Part shown: positions 15,366-21,156 of the stretch, in pieces
How positions within the stretch are numbered: position 1 is the stretch's first letter
Layout: every line of letters starts with the position of its first letter
Source of the DNA: an uncultured Candidatus Saccharibacteria bacterium
GTDB taxonomy: Bacteria > Patescibacteriota > Minisyncoccia > Phycocordibacterales > CAYSCM01
Reading direction: 5' to 3'
Assembly: GCA_964429815.1 (NCBI GenBank)
Contig: CAYSCM010000004.1
Span: 1-24,071, forward strand
Length of the DNA: 24,071 nucleotides
Program-made: the position numbers and the translations under genes
Notes under the pieces: generated by a model
The model's database searches: none
Told to the model about the DNA's origin: nothing
What the model saw: the letters and a program-made list of their open reading frames with translations, nothing else

Positions 15366-16397
15366 TTAGGGAAGATGTGAGCCGGTCTCAAGGACGTGCA
15401 TGAGCAGGGTATGGGTGTATCCCATTTCGTTGTCGTACCAGGCGAGGACTTTGACAAGATTCCCTCCGACGACCCGGGTGAATGAAAGGTCGGCAAGCGA
15501 GGCGAACGGGCTTCCGACAATGTCAGAGGAGACGATGGGTTCCTCGGTGGTCGCAAAAATACCCTGCCAACGCTTCTCCGCCGCCGCGTCGCGAAGTATC
15601 TGGTTCACTTCTTGTGCTGAAGTATCCCGTTTCGCGACGAACGTTACGTCGACGAGAGAGCCGCAGGGCACCGGCACGCGTATCGCGATGCCGTCGAATT
15701 TTCCAGAGAGCCCCGTGAGCGCTTTGGTGGTCGCTATCGCCGCACCCGTCGAGGAGGGTGTGATGTTTGCCGCTCCCGCTCTGCCGCGCCGCAGGTCGCC
15801 CTTGGCAGGGCTGTCGACGATCGACTGGGTCGCTGTATACGCGTGGACGGTGTTGAGAAGAGCCTTTTCGATACCGAGCGTCTCGTCGAGAACGGCCATA
15901 AGCGGGCTTCCGGCGTTGGTGGTGCAGGAGGCGTTGCTCGTGATATCGCAGGTTTTGAGCTTGTCGGCGTTTATGCCCATGAGGACCGTGGCGGCGGAAA
16001 TTCCCGCCGGTGCATCGTCCTTGACCGGCGCGGAAATGACGACGCGCTTGGCCCCCGCCGTGAGGTGCAGCGCGGATTTTTCGAAGCTGTCGAAAACGCC
16101 GGTCGATTCGACGACGACGTCGACGCTCATTTCGCTCCAGGGAAGCTTTGCCGGATCTTTCTCGGAAAGGTAGCTTATCTCCTTGCCGTCGATGAGCAGC
16201 GCGCCGTTTTTCACCTCGATGGGAAAGGCGCTCTTTCCGTACACGCTGTCGTAGCGCAGGAGGTAGGCCGCATTATGGATATCGCCGAGGTCGTTTATGG
16301 CGACCAGTTCCATCTCCTTTTTCTCGCGGGAGAGTTTTACGAACGCCCTACCGATGCGGCCGAATCCATTGACCGCGACGCGTACTTTTTTTGCCAT
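15366..16397 (-). CDS. gap: glyceraldehyde-3-phosphate dehydrogenase (type I)
   Basis: NAD-binding VAVNGFGRIGR and catalytic ASCTTN motifs. A TATACT box lies 6 nt upstream of the ATG. Confidence 0.95.
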   Translation of the reverse strand: MAKKVRVAVNGFGRIGRAFVKLSREKKEMELVAINDLGDIHNAAYLLRYDSVYGKSAFPIEVKNGALLIDGKEISYLSEKDPAKLPWSEMSVDVVVESTGVFDSFEKSALHLTAGAKRVVISAPVKDDAPAGISAATVLMGINADKLKTCDITSNASCTTNAGSPLMAVLDETLGIEKALLNTVHAYTATQSIVDSPAKGDLRRGRAGAANITPSSTGAAIATTKALTGLSGKFDGIAIRVPVPCGSLVDVTFVAKRDTSAQEVNQILRDAAAEKRWQGIFATTEEPIVSSDIVGSPFASLADLSFTRVVGGNLVKVLAWYDNEMGYTHTLLMHVLETGSHLP

Positions 16398-16579
16398 GCA
16401 TTAAGTATACCTCTCTGCCGAAAGACTTTTGTGCACAGCGGAATGTCCAGAGGGTCGTCGGCGCTAGCACCCAACCGAAAAATATTCTGCCGCCGAGCAG
16501 TCCCGCAGGGGCGAACAAGGCGATGAAGCTGAGAGTAGGCTAAACGCTGCGAGCGCTGCGCGCAGGGATATGTTCTTGC

Positions 16580-17812
16580 TCATGACGACTTTTGCTTGGC
16601 GAGACACTCTTCTTTGTACGATGACGGGAGTTCATCGCAGAGGTTGAGAGCCTCGGGGGAGCCGGGATGGAAATTGTACGTCGAGTACGTTATGAGCTCC
16701 TGGTAGCACGTTTCCCCCACTCCCGCCGCCGCCGCGACGGAGCAGAGCGCGACGGAGCGGCCGATGTTGCGCCAGTCGGTCTCGATGAAGCGGGATGCAG
16801 AATTCGCGTAGCACTGCCCTTTCTGTGCGGCGGGAAGTCCTCCGCAGAGCGCTGCGATTCGCTCGGCATCGAAATTGAGCATTGCCGCATTGACGTAAAA
16901 AATGCCGTTGAAGCAGCGACTATATTCTGCCTTGTCGCCGGAAAGCGGTTTACAGAAATCCAGGAGGCCGGAGGGCGTTTGAACGGCAAGGCGGTAGAGC
17001 GGCCAGCTCTCCGTGATGCAGGAAGCATGCTCCTGTCCCGAAAAACGGCTGCAGAAACTCTCGCGCGTCTTGAGCGTCACTTCTTTGCCGCGAATGAGGT
17101 CGAAATCTTCCGGCTCGAGCGGCTGGTAGATCTGCATGAACGCGCCGTCATAGCAGAGGTGCCGAAAATCTCTGCCATCGGAGGAGAGCGCCACGCTACC
17201 GCACAGCGCGAGCGAGCGGTTTATGTTGGCGCTCGTTATGTACATCGTAAGGTGGCCAAGTGCGTGCTCGCAGGTCGCCCGCTCCATTGATGTGGGGTGC
17301 CAATCGGCGGTCGGCTCGCACGCACCGCGAAGCATCGGTTCGAGTTCAGTTATCTTCGCCTCGGGCATGGCATCGGTACGAAAACGCTCCTGGAATGCTC
17401 CGTGAATGCCCCCGTTGCTGCAGATGCCCGAGGGAACGCGATGCACGACCTCGAGCCACTTGCTCGGGTCTTTTGCCGTTTCTTTTTCTGCAAGCTCGTG
17501 ACCCAACACATGACAATACACGAAAGAAGGATCTTCCCGCTGTACGAGCGCACTTACGGCAAAGGCATCCTCCATGGAGAGTCCCTGATCCATGAGCTTC
17601 GGTATTTCCTTGTTGTAGCAGGTCGGGTGGTCCGACGCGGAAGCGCACAACTTCACGACCGCGTCTGCCTTCGACACAAGCACAGAAGATTGCTCAAGGC
17701 CGTAATACCAAAGTGCCGCACCTACAGCGACGACGAGGATGCCGAGCAGGAGTTCGCGACGGCGCGTTTTGGGAAGCGCTAGCGTAGTGCGCATGGCATC
17801 AGTGTAGCGCAT
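16580..17812 (-). CDS. Cys/His-rich membrane-anchored protein, paralog A of a three-gene tandem family (unknown function)
   Basis: N-terminal TM anchor, about 20 Cys, and two copies of a C-x-H-x-x-G-H module (YCHVLGHELAEKE; CEHALGHLTMY...C...C). Its start overlaps the stop of paralog B (TTGATG). The track's TTG start is at 17815. Confidence 0.7.
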   Translation of the reverse strand: MRYTDAMRTTLALPKTRRRELLLGILVVAVGAALWYYGLEQSSVLVSKADAVVKLCASASDHPTCYNKEIPKLMDQGLSMEDAFAVSALVQREDPSFVYCHVLGHELAEKETAKDPSKWLEVVHRVPSGICSNGGIHGAFQERFRTDAMPEAKITELEPMLRGACEPTADWHPTSMERATCEHALGHLTMYITSANINRSLALCGSVALSSDGRDFRHLCYDGAFMQIYQPLEPEDFDLIRGKEVTLKTRESFCSRFSGQEHASCITESWPLYRLAVQTPSGLLDFCKPLSGDKAEYSRCFNGIFYVNAAMLNFDAERIAALCGGLPAAQKGQCYANSASRFIETDWRNIGRSVALCSVAAAAGVGETCYQELITYSTYNFHPGSPEALNLCDELPSSYKEECLAKQKSS

Positions 17813-18858
17813 CAAGGCAGAAGTTTCGGCACGGCGACGTTTGCGGTATTGCGCGCGTACGAGAGGCAGTATGCCTCCTGTTCCCCGCGATACCCGCTAC
17901 AAAGCGTCAGTGCAAGGGGCTTGGTCTCGTCGTTAGTGACAAAAAACGAGTTGGCCGCCATCGAGCGACAGTAGAGCTCGTCGGTGTCGCTCCGGGCAAC
18001 CGCCTGACAAAGTTTTGTCGTCTGCGCGGGATCGAAATGCGACGACTCGGGAGCGACCTCTCCCGCTCCCTCGAAGCAGGCTCGTCGCTCCTCGGCCGCC
18101 TGTCCGGTGCGACAGAAATCCCCGATACGGGAGAAACTTTCGACTCCCGGGCCCCAGAGAGCCGAGAGCCACTGCGGCTGCCAGAAATAGCAGGCCTTCC
18201 CGTATTCGCCGGGCAGGTCATCGCAGGGATATCTATAGTCACCGCCTTCTGGCCGGCGTAGTCGCGCCTGGTCGAGGAGCATGGTCTGAAAGTTGTACTC
18301 CATAAACACCCCGCCGTAGCACCCGCCTATGGGGTCTTTGCGCGGAAGCGATGAACACTCCGCAAGCGCCTTGTCGAGGTCGGCCCGGCTATAGCCGAGC
18401 GATGCCAGGATGCCGTGACCGATACCGTGCTGACAAGAGAGGAAGGTCGTGGGAAGCGCTTCAATGCAACTTTCATTGAGCTTGCCGATGGCGGACGGAC
18501 CTTCGGCAGCTATCGCCTCTCCCAAAAATTCGTGGAAACAGCCGAAGCTGAAGCGCGAATCACACACGGAGAGTGCCGAGTCACCTTGCGTTCGAAATAG
18601 TGCGCCGCCAAAGAGGTGCGCCGACTGGTGCATGGCATCATAGGAGCGGCCTCGATTGTAAGAAACGAGCTCCGCATACGCCTTTTCTCCTCCTGCGGCC
18701 TTGATTCGGCTCTCCCAGTACGCGCTTTCCTCTTTTGTACCGGAAAAAGAGGGCTTCCCGGGCTCTCCTGTGTAGAGCGGCACAAGGTAGTGCTGCGCCG
18801 CCGCTCCAAAGACGACCGCAGCGACAAGACCAGCACCCACGCGAAAAAACGTCCGCAT
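17812..18858 (-). CDS. Cys/His-rich secreted/membrane-anchored protein, paralog B
   Basis: Signal-like N-terminus. Modules HQSAHLFGGALF...C...C and CQHGIGHGILASLGY...C...C align with A and C. ATG lies 1 nt after the stop of paralog C. Confidence 0.7.
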   Translation of the reverse strand: MRTFFRVGAGLVAAVVFGAAAQHYLVPLYTGEPGKPSFSGTKEESAYWESRIKAAGGEKAYAELVSYNRGRSYDAMHQSAHLFGGALFRTQGDSALSVCDSRFSFGCFHEFLGEAIAAEGPSAIGKLNESCIEALPTTFLSCQHGIGHGILASLGYSRADLDKALAECSSLPRKDPIGGCYGGVFMEYNFQTMLLDQARLRRPEGGDYRYPCDDLPGEYGKACYFWQPQWLSALWGPGVESFSRIGDFCRTGQAAEERRACFEGAGEVAPESSHFDPAQTTKLCQAVARSDTDELYCRSMAANSFFVTNDETKPLALTLCSGYRGEQEAYCLSYARNTANVAVPKLLP

Positions 18859-18859
18859 G

Positions 18860-20071
18860 CTATCTCATACTAAAGAGCGCCGCGCTGCAGGAGCGCCGGT
18901 CGTCTCCTTGAAGCGTGCCGCAGATGCGGTCGCGCTTCTTATCGGCAGGAATCAGGAAGTAGGTGGCCGCCTGAAAAAGCTCGCCCGTGCACACGTCGTG
19001 GATAGCCCCCGCTGGTATGCCGGCACAAAAGAGCGCCGCCCCTTTGGGGTCGTTCTCGCCGCCCCAGAAGAGCGACTCGACGACTTGCCGCACGCACCCA
19101 CCCGTCGCCTCATTGGTCTTGCCGAGCGCGCACCAACTATAGACAAGAGCGAGCTTCTCCGGGGGTATCTGGTCGATGACGCGAATATCCCGCGCCATGG
19201 CGAGCGTCGGCAACTCTTTGCCGATGCCGCCGAAGCAGGAGGAGCGGTTTTGGATTTCTTGCGCCGGAATGCTGCTGCAGTAGGAGAACGCCTGGGTGAA
19301 TTCCCTGCCGCCGGGATGGAACAAACTTCCTCCGTTCATTTCAAAAAAGTGCGGGGTGAGGTACACGTAGCACATCGGCTTTACTTCCTCCGGCATGTAG
19401 CTCCGGTCGCACGGCGCAAGCGGGTCGGTCGCGGAGAGATATTTCATGCGCTCCACGGCCCAGAGCGCCTTGTCGTGGTCCCCGCCGCCCGTGAGCTCCA
19501 TGATGGTCCCCGAGACGCACTGCTTGTACTCCTCGTTGAAGCGCTCCGGTGTTCCTACTTTTTTACACAGCGCTATCGCTTTTTTCTCGTCATAGGAGAC
19601 GGAGGCAAGCACGCCGTGCCCGAGCCCGTGGAAGCACATGCCGTATGCTCCGGGGCCTCCGGGCGCCTGCTGGCAAGCCTGCGCGATGAGCGGGAGCGCC
19701 GCTTCCCCATTGTCATAAAAAGCACCGACCACGATGGCGTGTGAGCAGGCATTGCGAAATTCCTGCGTGCATATTTTGATACCGTCCACTCCTTGTTGCT
19801 TGTACAAAACGTCCCCGACGACGTGACCAAGGAGATGCAGGTCCGTGTCTGGCGGGAGAGCGGCTCGTCGCAGTATCTCGTAGGCGTACGGGGCCCCCTT
19901 CGCCTGCGCCAGTTTCGTGAAGTAGTCCTGGAGAGTGTGGAAAGAACCTTTGAAGTGCGAAAGGCTCTTGACTTCGGGGTACGCGAATACCGGAAGCGCC
20001 TTGGTGACGAGAATCGCGCCCGCGACCAGAAGGATTCCGAGGAGCATAGTGAGCCTTGAGGAGCGGTTCAT
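18860..20071 (-). CDS. Cys/His-rich membrane-anchored protein, paralog C. Start is probably the ATG at 20069-71 (MNRSSRLTMLLGILLVAGAILV...); the track start at 20263 would overlap the divergent plus-strand gene
   Basis: TM anchor plus modules LHLLGHVVGDVLY...C...C and CFHGLGHGVLASVSY...C...C. Confidence 0.7.
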   Translation of the reverse strand: MNRSSRLTMLLGILLVAGAILVTKALPVFAYPEVKSLSHFKGSFHTLQDYFTKLAQAKGAPYAYEILRRAALPPDTDLHLLGHVVGDVLYKQQGVDGIKICTQEFRNACSHAIVVGAFYDNGEAALPLIAQACQQAPGGPGAYGMCFHGLGHGVLASVSYDEKKAIALCKKVGTPERFNEEYKQCVSGTIMELTGGGDHDKALWAVERMKYLSATDPLAPCDRSYMPEEVKPMCYVYLTPHFFEMNGGSLFHPGGREFTQAFSYCSSIPAQEIQNRSSCFGGIGKELPTLAMARDIRVIDQIPPEKLALVYSWCALGKTNEATGGCVRQVVESLFWGGENDPKGAALFCAGIPAGAIHDVCTGELFQAATYFLIPADKKRDRICGTLQGDDRRSCSAALFSMR

Positions 20072-20141
20072 GCGCCTATTGTAGCGGAAATAGTGCTGGA
20101 ATTCCCTGGACAAAGGTGCGGCGGCGGGAGAATATCTTGTC

Positions 20142-21134
20142 ATGCCAGGGCGCAGCAGCTTCGTCACTATTCTCCTCCTTGCGGCAGGGCTCGCGATCGG
20201 TGCGACCATCGAACACGCATACGCGAACAAAAAAGGCCCGCTCTCTTCAACGGCGGCGATCAATTGCCAGACCCACTACCGCTTTATAAATCCCTACCCC
20301 GATTGCGAGATCTTTGAGGAAAAAGCCGGGAAGCTCGACAAGCTCGATGGCATCATTACGACGCAGGTGGCACAGCTTCAAAATAGGAGCGGCATTGGTC
20401 ACATTTCGGTATGGGTGCGCGATCTTACTACACTACGATTCGCGGCAGTGAATGAAAACGAGCTGTATACTCCCGCAAGCCTTCTCAAGCTCCCTCTCAT
20501 GATCGCGGTTTACAAGTACGCCGAGCTCTATCCCGACGTCCTCGACAAAAAAGTCCTCTACGCCTCCGTCTTTGATAAAGACCAGAGCGGTTATTTCATA
20601 CCTCCTTCGGTCAGCATCGAGCTTGGACAAAGTTACACCGTTAACGAACTCCTTGAGCATATGATCAGGTATTCAGACAATGAAGCGGCGAATCTCCTTG
20701 CAAGCGTCATCGATCCTTCCTTTGGCGAAGCAGTGTATCTCGATCTTGGGATCAAGGTGCCCAATGACGACGGCAAAACGAGCCTTTTTATGACCGCAAA
20801 ATCCTATGCGGCCATTCTGCGCACCCTATACAACAGCTCGTACCTATCTCGAAAATACTCGGACAAAGCCCTTTCCCTTCTTTCGCAAACCGAATACAGC
20901 GGCGGGCTTGTCGCCGGAGTACCAAAGGGTACCGTGGTGGCCCATAAGTTCGGCGAACGAGGGGATAAAAACATGCTTGGCATTACCACGAGCATATTCC
21001 TCAACGATTGCGGCATCGTATACGCAAAGCAGCAACCCTACTCGGCTTGCATTATGACCGAAGGGATCGACTTTGACGCACTCCAAAAAGCGATCGGTGA
21101 AATCTCCAAGACCGTCTACGAGAATATCTATTAA
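20142..21134 (+). CDS. membrane-anchored class A beta-lactamase-like serine hydrolase (Beta-lactamase2 / PBP-fold)
   Basis: SxxK (ASLLK) and SDN (YSDNEAANLL) motifs in the correct order and spacing. The third box reads HKFG instead of KTG. N-terminal TM segment. Transcribed divergently from paralog C. Confidence 0.75.
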   Translation: MPGRSSFVTILLLAAGLAIGATIEHAYANKKGPLSSTAAINCQTHYRFINPYPDCEIFEEKAGKLDKLDGIITTQVAQLQNRSGIGHISVWVRDLTTLRFAAVNENELYTPASLLKLPLMIAVYKYAELYPDVLDKKVLYASVFDKDQSGYFIPPSVSIELGQSYTVNELLEHMIRYSDNEAANLLASVIDPSFGEAVYLDLGIKVPNDDGKTSLFMTAKSYAAILRTLYNSSYLSRKYSDKALSLLSQTEYSGGLVAGVPKGTVVAHKFGERGDKNMLGITTSIFLNDCGIVYAKQQPYSACIMTEGIDFDALQKAIGEISKTVYENIY

Positions 21135-21156
21135 GGGTTCCCTTCCCTTTTCTGGA

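Noticed and set aside
14879-15556. Long 225-aa version of rpiB and long versions of rpe (to 14146), pfkB (from 8642), rplY (to 7260) and paralog C (to 20263)
   Set aside because: The upstream extensions overlap neighbouring genes or lack conservation. Shorter in-frame ATGs give canonical protein N-termini and 1-3 nt coupling, or a TATACT box.
16398-16579. Searched for a consensus -35/-10 promoter and strong hairpin upstream of gap / downstream of paralog A
   Set aside because: Only the TATACT box adjacent to the gap ATG and a weak AGCGCT-centred imperfect repeat were found. There is no convincing terminator for the paralog operon, so read-through into gap cannot be excluded.
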